Assembly (NCBI GenBank): GCA_964634935.1
Contig: CAZWJT010000005.1
Location: 71,128-135,127, forward strand
Reading direction: 5' to 3'
DNA length: 64,000 bases
From: an uncultured Planctomycetia bacterium
GTDB lineage: Bacteria; Omnitrophota; Gorgyraeia; Duberdicusellales; Duberdicusellaceae
The notes beneath the pieces were generated by a model. It had not been told where the DNA came from. It saw nothing but the letters and a program-made list of their open reading frames with translations, and did not search any database. A program made the position numbers and the translations under genes. Below, in pieces: positions 44,876-54,280 of the stretch (the first letter of the stretch is position 1; every line of letters begins with the position of its first letter).

Positions 44876-45850
44876 TCAGAAATTATACTGAAGGCTGCAG
44901 GAGATTATATTTTCTGAATATTCCTGGAAATGATCATTAGAAACATTTTGTTTATACGTATATGAGATATCGAGAGCCTGCGCTGAATTAATCATGTATT
45001 TTACTCCGGATGTCGCGGAATACAGTTTATCTCTCTGGATAAACCCACCCGCTGTCACCTGGCGGGATGTATAATTCTTCTTCTGAAACGAAAAATCGGT
45101 AAGCAGCGTCCACCGCGGAGTTAAGAAATGGCGTAATCCGACTTGCCCAAAATATGCTTTATAATCATAATAATCTTGAAAGCGAGCATTTGAATCATTC
45201 AGAAAAAGCTTTGTCCTACCGATAAGCAGGTTTTTCTTATCCAGATTCCCCCTCAATTCATACCCAAGCGTATGCTTCCGATCAAAACGCGTCTTCTCTT
45301 GATATGCAGTCGCGGTACCATCTAACGCGTACGCATTCAAGTAATCCTTCATACCATAGTGCCAGAAAATTCTCTGAGATAATTTCGGGGTAAGCCTGTG
45401 ACGTATGTAAAAAAATGGTTCATGAATAATATTGTTCCCTTCCCGATTCTCAGGAAAATAAAGGAATTTGAAATCATATCCAGTGCCGAGAGTAAAATCG
45501 CCAATACGCTTATGTAAGCCAAGTTCTAAGTTCTGCCACAGGGAACTTGCGTCGACAACTTCCGAATAATTCGTATAATCACCCGAATAAAGTATCCGGA
45601 GGTTGGTTGTAGGACATAATTTCAAGGAATATGCTTGAGCAAAAGAAATCTTCTCGAATACATCTCCTTCGCGTTCCTGATCCAAACGGACATTACTATC
45701 GAACCCTGTCGATAAGCCCCATTGCGTGCGCGAGAACATATTAAAAGATTTCTGCGCTTCCGGCCGCTGAGCCTTTTCCTCAACAAGCGAAAGAGCAAAA
45801 ACACTCAAGGGAGCACAGATTATAATAAGAACCATTAACGCTTTTTTCAT
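44876..45850 (-). CDS. Outer-membrane beta-barrel protein (unknown family)
   Basis: Signal peptide 'MKKALMVLIIICAPLSVFA', amphipathic beta-strand periodicity, and a C-terminal '...CSLQYNF' aromatic terminus typical of OMPs. Confidence 0.55.
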   Translation of the reverse strand: MKKALMVLIIICAPLSVFALSLVEEKAQRPEAQKSFNMFSRTQWGLSTGFDSNVRLDQEREGDVFEKISFAQAYSLKLCPTTNLRILYSGDYTNYSEVVDASSLWQNLELGLHKRIGDFTLGTGYDFKFLYFPENREGNNIIHEPFFYIRHRLTPKLSQRIFWHYGMKDYLNAYALDGTATAYQEKTRFDRKHTLGYELRGNLDKKNLLIGRTKLFLNDSNARFQDYYDYKAYFGQVGLRHFLTPRWTLLTDFSFQKKNYTSRQVTAGGFIQRDKLYSATSGVKYMINSAQALDISYTYKQNVSNDHFQEYSENIISCSLQYNF

Positions 45851-45907
45851 AGTTTCCCTCCCCTATAAAAACTTGTTATATTACAGCAAAAAACTGTATT
45901 TGTAATT

Positions 45908-46747
45908 TTAATATTCGTTTTCCTCTTCTTCCTCTTCCTCTTCTTCTTCCTCTTCTTCCTCTTGTTCCTCTTCTTCCTCTTCTTCTTCCTCTTCTTGCAA
46001 CTGCAAACGCTCATCATCTTGAGTTTCACGCAAATCCTCTTTCCGAGTGTCCTCTGTTTCAGAAGAAAAATCTTCATCGGAAGTATCTGGATCGCTGGTT
46101 AAAAGAGCAAGAAAAGCATCCCATGCTTTCTGTTGTTCTTCAGAAAGAGGAAATGGGGGTCGTAAATTTCCCTGATCGTCAGAAGAAATACAGAAGCCCT
46201 CTTGAATAACCTGTTCTTCATCCTTAATTGACCGGATAAAAATCTGGTCTTCAAAACAACAGATCGTAGCTCCCTTTTTGTCAGAAGAAGCCCCTAATCC
46301 TGTACCGCGAACTCCAGCTATCGCGACTGGAGTTTCCAGAGTAAACTCTTCCCCTGCCGGAATATCGTCGATTAATGAAAAAACACGCCCGCTCTTTAAA
46401 ACAATGGCTCCGGGAATAAGATTAGCAACAATAAGGTGCGAGTTTTCTCCAATCTGAACTTTGTTGGCTTGCTCCATTCCAAACTCCAGGATACACTCTG
46501 CGTTCTCCCCAGTCCTAATTTCTCCCCGGGAAGAAAGAACACCCCCTATTGCGGCAGGAATAAAATCAGAATCAGTCACATCTTTTACCGTAACTACTCC
46601 TTTGGTATGCGTGATTTTTGCGGTTTGAGCATCCGCCTTGCTTCCAAAAGACAAACACAACACAACAATAAGAAAAATACTTATCCGGCGCATAAGTCCC
46701 TCCTTATTTAAAACTATTTTCGTTCTTTGCGATAGAGTAATTTCCAT
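45908..46747 (-). CDS. FecR-domain secreted protein with C-terminal poly-Glu tail
   Basis: Signal peptide. 'TKGVVTVKDVTDSDFIPAAIGGVLSSRGEIRTGENAECILEFGMEQANKVQIGENSHL' matches the FecR/PF04773 beta-sandwich pattern. The C-terminal ~30 residues are almost pure Glu. Confidence 0.55.
   Translation of the reverse strand: MEITLSQRTKIVLNKEGLMRRISIFLIVVLCLSFGSKADAQTAKITHTKGVVTVKDVTDSDFIPAAIGGVLSSRGEIRTGENAECILEFGMEQANKVQIGENSHLIVANLIPGAIVLKSGRVFSLIDDIPAGEEFTLETPVAIAGVRGTGLGASSDKKGATICCFEDQIFIRSIKDEEQVIQEGFCISSDDQGNLRPPFPLSEEQQKAWDAFLALLTSDPDTSDEDFSSETEDTRKEDLRETQDDERLQLQEEEEEEEEEEQEEEEEEEEEEEEEENEY
45915..46000. repeat. Imperfect (TTC/CTC)n trinucleotide microsatellite, ~85 nt, encoding the poly-Glu tail on the minus strand
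   Basis: Read directly: 'ttcctcttcttcctcttcctcttcttcttcctcttcttcctcttgttcctcttcttcctcttcttcttcctcttctt'. Confidence 0.9.
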
Positions 46748-47346
46748 GGGTGGCGCTTCAAATCAGCGCTCATTTCCTCAATATTCTGTGAAGTTGACTC
46801 AAAATTCTTCAACATTTGAGAAAGCGTAGTCTTATTCTCGGAAACAGTAAGGTTCAGGTTTGTGGAAAGAATTTTAACTTCGTCGATTAAGCTTTCGACT
46901 TTTTTTGAAATCACCAAAGCCTCTTCCATGATCGCATCAAGATCCTGCATGCTTACGCCTTGAAGAATTTCTCCGGGCATAATAAATTGCTCCCCTGTGT
47001 GACTTGCAATCTGGATATACTTTTCGCCCATCAAACCTAAGGTCTTTATCGATACCTTGGCCCCTTTGCGAATTTGCGCCTTTTTTTCAATCCAAAGCTT
47101 AAGTTTAATAAAAGTCTTATCTTCCTGGTAGACCGGCTCAATACCGTCTACCTTACCAACCGTAAGACCGTTGAGCATTACGGGCGCTTTGTCTTCCAAA
47201 CCGGAAATTTCATCAAAAATGACGAATATCGAATACCCTTCCTGCTTTAGGGGTAACTTACCTGTTTTTACGGTAATGTAACCAAGCGTTATGATAGCAA
47301 GAAGAATGAGAAATCCTGCCTTGAATTCATTCGAATAGTTCTTCAT
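46714..47346 (-). CDS. mlaD: MlaD (MCE-domain) periplasmic component of phospholipid ABC transporter
   Basis: N-terminal TM followed by an MCE domain ('VKTGKLPLKQEGYSIFVIFDEISGLEDKAPVMLNGLTVGKVDGIE'). It is 210 aa. Confidence 0.8.
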   Translation of the reverse strand: MKNYSNEFKAGFLILLAIITLGYITVKTGKLPLKQEGYSIFVIFDEISGLEDKAPVMLNGLTVGKVDGIEPVYQEDKTFIKLKLWIEKKAQIRKGAKVSIKTLGLMGEKYIQIASHTGEQFIMPGEILQGVSMQDLDAIMEEALVISKKVESLIDEVKILSTNLNLTVSENKTTLSQMLKNFESTSQNIEEMSADLKRHPWKLLYRKERK

Positions 47347-47354
47347 GTGTCCTC

Positions 47355-48167
47355 CTAAGCAGTTAAGTCTTTTAATAAACTATCGTCTTCACGATAAAAA
47401 TCAATCGGGCCCTCTGCCAACCCATTAATGAATTGCTGAATCACCTGGTTCTTAGAATGCTTCAGTTCTTGCGGGGTCCCTATCTCGACAATTTTCCCCT
47501 GATAGAGCATAAGCGCCCTGTCCGCAATACGGAAAACACTCTGCATATCGTGAGTCACTACAATAGAAGTAATGAGCAGTTTTTTACTTAAATCAAGAAT
47601 GAGTTTATCAATGATCCCACCGACTACTGGATCAAGCCCAGAAGTAGGTTCATCATAAAAAACAATATCTGGATCTAAAGCAATCGCCCGAGCTAAACCT
47701 ACACGCTTACGCATGCCCCCAGAAATCTGTGATGGATAATATTGCTCAAAACCGCGAAGACCGACGAGCGAAAGCTTCATTTTGACGATAATCTTGATGA
47801 TGCTTTCTGCTAAATGCGTGTGCTCGCGAATAGGCAAAGCAACATTTTCCTCTACCGTAAGAGAATCAAGAAGCGCGGAATATTGGAAAAGCATGCCGAA
47901 AGACTTTCTCACTTCTTCCAATTCATTCTGAGTATGGTTTGTGATATCTTTTCCCTTAATAAGAATTCGGCCGGAATCAGGGGTAAGAACACCGGTCATC
48001 AGTCTTAAAAGCGTGCTTTTCCCAGAACCAGAACATCCCATGATCACAAAAATCTCGCCGCATCGTATATCAAAACTTACGTTATCGATAACCGGACGAC
48101 CGGAAAGAATCTTGGTAACATTTTGGAAAGAAATCACGGTCTCAGCAGTACATTTTTTCTCGTTCAT
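47355..48167 (-). CDS. mlaF: MlaF ABC transporter ATP-binding protein (start probably the internal Met at 48167; the ORF extends to 48209)
   Basis: Walker A 'GCSGSGKST', signature 'LSGGMRKRVGLARA' and Walker B 'VFYDEPTSGLD'. Confidence 0.85.
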   Translation of the reverse strand: MNEKKCTAETVISFQNVTKILSGRPVIDNVSFDIRCGEIFVIMGCSGSGKSTLLRLMTGVLTPDSGRILIKGKDITNHTQNELEEVRKSFGMLFQYSALLDSLTVEENVALPIREHTHLAESIIKIIVKMKLSLVGLRGFEQYYPSQISGGMRKRVGLARAIALDPDIVFYDEPTSGLDPVVGGIIDKLILDLSKKLLITSIVVTHDMQSVFRIADRALMLYQGKIVEIGTPQELKHSKNQVIQQFINGLAEGPIDFYREDDSLLKDLTA

Positions 48168-48169
48168 AC

Positions 48170-48958
48170 TTACATTTTTGAAAAATAAAATATTCCTGTC
48201 AACACGCAATCAGCAAGAATAATAAGAATAAAGCTGGTAACAACGCTCTTTGTCGTTGCCTTGCCTACCCCTTCAGCTCCACCTTTGGTATTCAGCCCCT
48301 CAAAACAGCCGACCAAAGCTATAATCATCGCAAAAACAAATGCCTTGGTAAGCCCGGTAAAAATATCTTTAAGTTCCAAATATTTGAAGGTTGTTTGGAG
48401 ATAGAGATCGGGACTGAGGTGGAGACTATTCACGCCCACAAGAAAGCCGCCGAGAATCCCAGAGATATTACCGATTATCGTCAATGAAGGAAGCATGATA
48501 AAAAGAGCGACAAACCGCGGAACCGCGAGGAAACGAACAGGATTGATTGCCATGATTTCAAGAGCCTCAATTTGTTCGGTAACTTTCATCGTCCCAAGCT
48601 CAGCTGCGATTGCAGAACCCACTCGCCCGGCAACAACCAATGCCGTGAGCACCGGGCTTAATTCCCGACAAAGCGAAATGGCGACCAGCGAAGCAACATA
48701 AAGAACCCCTCCCATTTTCTGCAATTGGTAAGCGGTCTGCATCGCAAGAACAATCCCGGTAAAAATCGTAACAAAAAAAACGATCACCAGAGAACGGTTG
48801 CCTGAAAAAACAAGCTGGGCAGCGATATTTTCGCGCATGGAGGATGTCCTTTTCACGAAACTTAACCCAATCCAGTAAAAAATCTGCCCCAAGAGAACTG
48901 ACATTTTCTGGGCAGTAACAAAAAAATCAAGAAAAATTCTCCCGATATATACTATCAT
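48170..48958 (-). CDS. mlaE: MlaE ABC transporter permease
   Basis: Five to six TM helices with 'VALVGCFEGLNTKGGAEGVGKATT', typical of MlaE/TTG2B permeases. It is 262 aa. Confidence 0.8.
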   Translation of the reverse strand: MIVYIGRIFLDFFVTAQKMSVLLGQIFYWIGLSFVKRTSSMRENIAAQLVFSGNRSLVIVFFVTIFTGIVLAMQTAYQLQKMGGVLYVASLVAISLCRELSPVLTALVVAGRVGSAIAAELGTMKVTEQIEALEIMAINPVRFLAVPRFVALFIMLPSLTIIGNISGILGGFLVGVNSLHLSPDLYLQTTFKYLELKDIFTGLTKAFVFAMIIALVGCFEGLNTKGGAEGVGKATTKSVVTSFILIILADCVLTGIFYFSKM

Positions 48959-48961
48959 TCT

Positions 48962-49294
48962 TTAAAAATTCTTTTTTGCGGTTTCAAGATCGTTCACAAT
49001 AGTAAAAATTGTGTCGAGTTTGGTAACTTCAAAAATATTCTTCACTTGAAAACTCATCCCGCACAGTTTCATAATCCCTTGTATCTTTTTTATTCTCTGG
49101 AGCATCTCAATCAAAGTGGCAAGCCCGGAACTATCGATATACGAAACGTGGGCAAAATCGACAATTACCTTTTTAGCGTCTTGTCGAATCAATCTATCAA
49201 AAAATTTTCTGAGCTCCGGAGATGTGCTGATATTGATTTCTCCGGAAACCGCACAAATACTTATGTCGTTTTCTTTTATCTCTTTCATCTCCAT
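48962..49294 (-). CDS. STAS-domain protein (anti-sigma-factor antagonist / MlaB-like)
   Basis: 'VDFAHVSYIDSSGLATLIEML' STAS core with a conserved Ser in the 'DSSG' phosphorylatable position. It is 110 aa. Confidence 0.7.
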   Translation of the reverse strand: MEMKEIKENDISICAVSGEINISTSPELRKFFDRLIRQDAKKVIVDFAHVSYIDSSGLATLIEMLQRIKKIQGIMKLCGMSFQVKNIFEVTKLDTIFTIVNDLETAKKNF

Positions 49295-49312
49295 CGAATA
49301 CCTCCCTTACAC

Positions 49313-49777
49313 TTATCTTTCTGTCGTCGGTTGAACTGAATCCGCCGTAGTCCCGCGGAGCACCTTACTCATTCGTATTCTACTTCCGCCTTCAAGAAAT
49401 TCCACGCGATCCATGAGTTTTTCAATCAAATACACGCCCCTTCCTGAAGTCCGCATGAGATTATTACCCTGCGTTGGATCAAGAATTTTTTCTCTACAGA
49501 AACCGTGTCCTTGATCTTTGATTTCGATTTCAAGGACTTTCTCGCCTCCGCCAATCTGCACCTCCCAGGAAAGCTCCTCCTGTTTTTTATTTCCATGCAC
49601 AATAGCGTTGACAATCGCCTCCTGTAGAGCGGTTCTAATCAAAAAAACCTCTTGTTCATTAGGGGAATTTGACTGCAGGATTGAGTTCATTACTGTTTCA
49701 ACAAAGCAAGAAACTTTTGTGATAATTGAGGGAAAAATAAACTTTACTGGTTGTGGCATACTTGCTCTATGCGGCAC
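49313..49777 (-). CDS. RsbW/SpoIIAB-like anti-sigma factor serine kinase (GHKL ATPase)
   Basis: N-box 'ALQEAIVNAIVHGN' and G-boxes 'DQGHGF' and 'GRGVYLI'. It is 154 aa. Confidence 0.75.
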   Translation of the reverse strand: MPHRASMPQPVKFIFPSIITKVSCFVETVMNSILQSNSPNEQEVFLIRTALQEAIVNAIVHGNKKQEELSWEVQIGGGEKVLEIEIKDQGHGFCREKILDPTQGNNLMRTSGRGVYLIEKLMDRVEFLEGGSRIRMSKVLRGTTADSVQPTTER

Positions 49778-49786
49778 AAAGAACGA

Positions 49787-50098
49787 TTAACGCTTCGTTC
49801 TTAATTTTATTTGCTGTTCGAGCTTTTTGATTTCTGTGCAGTAAGAAGCTATCTCTTTACTCTCTGCCCAACTTGCTTTTGCAGTAGAGGCGATTTTTTT
49901 GCCCAGCTGATAGTACAATTGTTCTTTCTTCACCTGCAGGACGAGGGTTTCAGCTTTTTTCGCGCTTTTCTCCGAAAAATCCTTTAAGTATTCTTCCCCT
50001 TTTTTAAGAATCTTTGAAGTTTCTTTGGAGAAAACTTCTAAATCATTCTTGGCGGTAGGCCACAGTTTCTCAATATTCTTCTGAAGGTCGCCTTTCAC
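49787..50098 (-). CDS. Small helical or coiled-coil hypothetical protein (phasin-like?)
   Basis: The 103-aa Lys/Glu-rich helical protein has no diagnostic motif. Confidence 0.3.
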   Translation of the reverse strand: MKGDLQKNIEKLWPTAKNDLEVFSKETSKILKKGEEYLKDFSEKSAKKAETLVLQVKKEQLYYQLGKKIASTAKASWAESKEIASYCTEIKKLEQQIKLRTKR

Positions 50099-50322
50099 TC
50101 TCGTCTCCTGTTCGATAAAAACAAATAACCTGCAATTAGTATATAGTGTTTCTTATAAAATGCAAGAAAACACTCAAAACAAAAATATCCGGGCTGAAGT
50201 CATCGGCAGCAAGGAGCTTAAAAAGCTGATTTTCCTGTCGTTTTTGCGCCTCTCCTGCCAAAATTGGCCTTGAACAGCAGAAGGGTGTTTGTATTCAAAT
50301 TCCTTGGGAATGAGATAAAGAA

Positions 50323-51150
50323 TTAAAGGAATTGATCTTTTTCGACGATCGCTGTCTCCAGAATGTGTGAAATACGGAAAGTGCGTTCTTCGTTATTTCT
50401 CAAGCAGAATGCAACAAGATACGTCTTTTCTTGACGAATCTCTATCTTCTTTGGCACGATATCCCTCTCGGAAAGAAATCCTCCGTTTGATGCCAGATAT
50501 TTGATATGTACTGTTTTCTGTCGCTGGATAGCCTGATCGAAAAGAGAAATTTTCTCCTGCTCAAGCTTTGACCGTTGTGAAACCCCAAAAACAGACAAAA
50601 GCTCTTCCAGCGAAACAATGCCGCTTTTCTCTAAGAATGGTAAAAAATGCAGAAATATTTCTCCGGTCACCCGGGCATCAAAAAGTGCGCGATGGAATTG
50701 AGGCGTAACCATATGGAGTTGGTTACTCACATGCTGTAAATTATAGCGGGTGAGTCCCGGTAAGTAGGTACGAGCCATAGCAATGACATCAACGGCGTGA
50801 TTTACAGGAAAATCAGTCCCTGTCCTTCTCAATTCTTCGCGCAGAAAACCAAGGTCAAAGCCGATATTATACCCAAGCAACACCGCATTGCCCAAAAACC
50901 CGCGGAAGTTCTCCCAAATTTCCCCGAAAAAAGGGGCTGAAACAACATCTTGGTCGGATATTCCATGAACACGGGTTGCCTCGTCAGGAATAGAACGCCC
51001 AGGATTGACTAGAGTGGAGAAGGTCTCGGAAATAGTTGCTCCCCTGATCCGAACAGCCGCCAGTTCACATACTGAATGTTCCCCAGGAAGAATTCCGGTT
51101 GTCTCAAAATCAAATACAACAAACTCTGTATCTTTGACTGCTTGAATCAT
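50323..51150 (-). CDS. DEDDh 3'-5' exonuclease (DnaQ/epsilon-like) with ~100-aa C-terminal extension
   Basis: Exo I 'VVFDFETTG', Exo II 'LGYNIGFDLGFL' and Exo III 'HRALFDARVTGEIF' motifs. Confidence 0.75.
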   Translation of the reverse strand: MIQAVKDTEFVVFDFETTGILPGEHSVCELAAVRIRGATISETFSTLVNPGRSIPDEATRVHGISDQDVVSAPFFGEIWENFRGFLGNAVLLGYNIGFDLGFLREELRRTGTDFPVNHAVDVIAMARTYLPGLTRYNLQHVSNQLHMVTPQFHRALFDARVTGEIFLHFLPFLEKSGIVSLEELLSVFGVSQRSKLEQEKISLFDQAIQRQKTVHIKYLASNGGFLSERDIVPKKIEIRQEKTYLVAFCLRNNEERTFRISHILETAIVEKDQFL

Positions 51151-51656
51151 ATATCGAGCGTGGAGAGAATCCGCTTTGACGCCTTAATAGCGGAAGACGC
51201 GGAATCGACTTTTTGAACTCCCGGAATGTCCCATGTTTCAATGCCTATCACTTTTTTCCCCTCACTCAGTGCGAAAGAAAGCTCAGACAAAGTACCACAT
51301 TCACCCGCGATGGCAATAAGCACATGGCAGGCCCGAACAATGAGAAAATTACGAGCATAACCTAACCCGGTCGGAATACCTACGGTAAGATACGCATTGG
51401 CGTCTTTACCGTCAGGGCTCGGTAAAATCCCGATGCAGATTCCTGATAACCTCCGCGCACCTCTGCATGCTGCCTCCATTACGCCTCCTCTTCCCCCGCA
51501 GATAAGCACCCAGCCTTCTTTGGCAATTAACTCGCCAACTTCTTCGGCAATCTTGGCGATTGCCTTGGTGCAAACATGACCTCCAATCACTCCGATGTTA
51601 ATCTTACTCCCCAACATATTTAACAACGATCTTTCTGGATCTCTTCCGGGTATCAA
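51147..51656 (-). CDS. TIGR00725/LOG-like (SLOG) Rossmann-fold protein
   Basis: 'IGVIGGHVCTKAIAKIAEEVGELIAKEGWVLICGGRGGVMEAACRGA' matches the LOG/TIGR00725 GGGxGxME-type core. The start is probably an internal Met, and the ORF overlaps the next one by ~50 nt. Confidence 0.55.
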   Translation of the reverse strand: MIPGRDPERSLLNMLGSKINIGVIGGHVCTKAIAKIAEEVGELIAKEGWVLICGGRGGVMEAACRGARRLSGICIGILPSPDGKDANAYLTVGIPTGLGYARNFLIVRACHVLIAIAGECGTLSELSFALSEGKKVIGIETWDIPGVQKVDSASSAIKASKRILSTLDI

Positions 51657-52020
51657 ACTCTAAGAATATGATTTGCTGCCATGTCCCCAGTTCAAGTGTC
51701 CCGTTCGTCACAGGAAAAGTCAAACTGGTGCCTAAAAGAGTGGAACGCAGATGAGAAAACCCATTCGCATCTCCCCATGTCTGATCGTGCGCATACGATT
51801 TATCTTGTGGAATAATCTTGTTCAGCAGCATTGTAAGGTCGCTGACTAATGCTGGCTCATATTCCAACGTGGTAAGCGCTGCCGTTGAACCAATCACGCT
51901 TATACAGACGATCCCTTCCTTGGCAGAATGTTTATTCAGTATATTCTGAATATTCTCAGTAATATCAAGAATATCTGACGGCCTTGTAGTGAGGGAAAAA
52001 TATTCGGTAAGAACCCGCAT
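51604..52020 (-). CDS. YjbQ/UPF0047 family protein
   Basis: The 138-aa protein with 'EGIVCISVIGSTAALTTLEYEPALVSDL' and 'HLRSTLLGTSLTFPV' matches the YjbQ family in pattern and size. Confidence 0.55.
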   Translation of the reverse strand: MRVLTEYFSLTTRPSDILDITENIQNILNKHSAKEGIVCISVIGSTAALTTLEYEPALVSDLTMLLNKIIPQDKSYAHDQTWGDANGFSHLRSTLLGTSLTFPVTNGTLELGTWQQIIFLEFDTRKRSRKIVVKYVGE

Positions 52021-52343
52021 TACTTGATAATCGAACCCGGAGCGATTGGACGATCAAGAGTCAGAAGCGCAATTGAATCTTCTGTGCTTGCGGCAAGAAT
52101 CATTCCCCGAGATTCAACTCCCCGGAGCATCTTCGGTTCAAGATTCTCCAAAAGAACAACCGCTTTGCCGATGAGTTCTTCTTTCGCATACCCGCGCTTA
52201 ATACCCGCTACTACCTGAGTTTCGCGGTCACCAAGACTAACTTTAATCACATAGAGCCTATCGGCATTCGGATGTTCCAAAACTTCCTGTATGGTCCCGA
52301 CACGCAATTCAAGTTTTAGAAAATCATCGTAGGTTATATTCAT
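52020..52343 (-). CDS. CsaA-like tRNA-binding (Myf/EMAPII-fold) protein
   Basis: 'LELRVGTIQEVLEHPNADRLYVIKVSLGDRETQVVAGI' is an OB-fold tRNA-binding domain signature. It is 107 aa. Confidence 0.65.
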   Translation of the reverse strand: MNITYDDFLKLELRVGTIQEVLEHPNADRLYVIKVSLGDRETQVVAGIKRGYAKEELIGKAVVLLENLEPKMLRGVESRGMILAASTEDSIALLTLDRPIAPGSIIK

Positions 52344-52361
52344 AGAAAAACTCCTTTCTTA

Positions 52362-53306
52362 TCATGGCAGTCTCTTCATGATCTTCCGAAAATACGGGAT
52401 GGTTTTCTGCAAACCATCAGCAAGCGATACTACGGGATTCCACTGAAAAAGCTGCTGCGCCTTTGTAATATCTGGTTTCCGCTTTTTTGGGTCATCTTCC
52501 GGAAGAGGCAGAAGTTTGATCTGCGATATCCCTCCGGTCATTTGTTGAATAAGCAATGCTAATTCCTGAACGGTGAATTCAGTAGGATTGCCTAAATTCA
52601 CTGGTCCCGGGTAATCAACGCCCATAGAACGGACAATCCCTTCAATCAAGTCATCGACGTAACAGAAAGAACGAGTTTGGCTGCCAGAACCATAGACAGT
52701 AATATCTTCACCTTGGACTGCCTGAGTAATAAAATTTGAAATTACCCGGCCATCATTCACCCGCATAAAAGGTCCGTAGGTATTAAAGATCCGGATTACC
52801 CGAGTATTAATTTTATGTTGGCGAAAATAAGCAAAAGTAAGGGCTTCTGCGGCCCGCTTTGCTTCATCATAACAACTCCGGACTCCGATCGGATTAACAT
52901 TCCCCCAGTATTCTTCCGGCTGAGGGTGTACTTGAGGATCCCCATAGACTTCGGAAGTCGAGGCAAGAAGAAAATGAGCTTTTTTTTCCTTGGCGATACC
53001 AAGACAATTATGAGTCCCCAAAGTCCCCACTTTCAGGGTTTTTATGGGATAGTCAAGGTAATCCTTCGGAGAGGCAGGAGAAGCGAAATGCAAAACCCAA
53101 TCAATGGCGTCGTTTAGATATAAAGGATTGGAAATATCGTGTTCAATAAACGTAAAGCGGCTCTGTCCGGATAAATCACGAATATTATCGAATGTACTGG
53201 TAATGAAATTATCTATCCCTATCACTTTATAACCATCGGCCAGAAGCCGGCGGCTTAAGTGTGAGCCGATGAAACCACTGCAGCCGGTCAGAAGAACTGT
53301 TTTCAT
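52362..53306 (-). CDS. uxs: UDP-glucuronate decarboxylase (UDP-xylose synthase)
   Basis: '[13 protein letters not shown]' Rossmann motif, '[38 protein letters not shown]' with the YxxxK catalytic motif, and length 314 aa are all characteristic of UXS. Confidence 0.8.
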   Translation of the reverse strand: MKTVLLTGCSGFIGSHLSRRLLADGYKVIGIDNFITSTFDNIRDLSGQSRFTFIEHDISNPLYLNDAIDWVLHFASPASPKDYLDYPIKTLKVGTLGTHNCLGIAKEKKAHFLLASTSEVYGDPQVHPQPEEYWGNVNPIGVRSCYDEAKRAAEALTFAYFRQHKINTRVIRIFNTYGPFMRVNDGRVISNFITQAVQGEDITVYGSGSQTRSFCYVDDLIEGIVRSMGVDYPGPVNLGNPTEFTVQELALLIQQMTGGISQIKLLPLPEDDPKKRKPDITKAQQLFQWNPVVSLADGLQKTIPYFRKIMKRLP

Positions 53307-54268
53307 CTCTTCGCAGCAAACTGTTGTTGAAACCAGGAAACAGTCCGCGATAAACCTTCTTCGAAGCTGATCTGTTTTTTCAAGCCTAAAACGAGCCTGA
53401 GTTTACGGGTATCCGCCTGCGTTTTATAGACGTCCCCCCGACGAACAGCAAGATAACGCGGGGTAACCTTTGTGCCAATAATTTTCTGCAATGCTGAAAA
53501 CAAACCATTCACTGAATACGGCTTTCCTAACGCAACATTGAAAATCTCGCCTTCAATCTTTTCTTTAGAAAGCGCTAGGATATTCGCCGTAACTACATTC
53601 TCAATATAAGTAAAATCTCTCTCTTGGGTCCCATCTCCGTAAATCGGCGGCCGTTCCTTACGCAGAAGAGTGGTGATAAATTTTGGCACAACTACGGCGT
53701 ATTGATTTTCAAGGGATTGCCGCGGACCAAAAACATTAAAATACCGCAAGCCAACCACGCCTAATTTATAGAGCTTACTAAAAAGATACCCGTAGTGTTC
53801 ACAAAGAAGCTTGGTCGCCGCATAGGGAGAAACCGGCTTCGGCAGGTCTGTTTCCCTCTCGGGAAAATCAGTGCGGTCGCCATACACGGAACTGGAAGAA
53901 GCAAAAACAACTCTTTTTACGCGCGCAGTTTTTGCTTCAAGCAATAAATGGAAAGTCCCGGTGACATTCACATCATGATACTCTTCCGGGCATTCCACAG
54001 ATTTTGGAACACTCCGAAGGGCCGCTTGGTGACAAACAAACTCTGTTCCTCGCAGCAGTTTCGCCAGAACTTTCCGGTTTCGGATATCCTCCCGAACCAT
54101 CGTAACACGGGAACAACAACCCGCTAAATTTTCTTCTTTACCGGTGTATAAATTATCAAGAACCGTTACTTTCGCCCCATACTCAAGAAGTTTTTCGACA
54201 ATATGCGAACCAATAAAACCACATCCTCCGGTCACAAGAATTTTCTTACCTTTTAACATACCACTCAT
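53303..54268 (-). CDS. NAD-dependent nucleotide-sugar 4-epimerase (TviC/WbpP-like)
   Basis: '[19 protein letters not shown]' and '[11 protein letters not shown]' (YxxxK). It is adjacent to a TviB/WbpA-like dehydrogenase. Confidence 0.65.
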   Translation of the reverse strand: MSGMLKGKKILVTGGCGFIGSHIVEKLLEYGAKVTVLDNLYTGKEENLAGCCSRVTMVREDIRNRKVLAKLLRGTEFVCHQAALRSVPKSVECPEEYHDVNVTGTFHLLLEAKTARVKRVVFASSSSVYGDRTDFPERETDLPKPVSPYAATKLLCEHYGYLFSKLYKLGVVGLRYFNVFGPRQSLENQYAVVVPKFITTLLRKERPPIYGDGTQERDFTYIENVVTANILALSKEKIEGEIFNVALGKPYSVNGLFSALQKIIGTKVTPRYLAVRRGDVYKTQADTRKLRLVLGLKKQISFEEGLSRTVSWFQQQFAAKR

Positions 54269-54280
54269 GACTTTTAAAAA

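Noticed and set aside
45847-46077. 76-aa poly-Lys/Arg ORF on the minus strand
   Set aside because: It is an alternate-frame reading of the (TTC/CTC)n microsatellite that encodes the poly-Glu tail of the FecR-domain protein.
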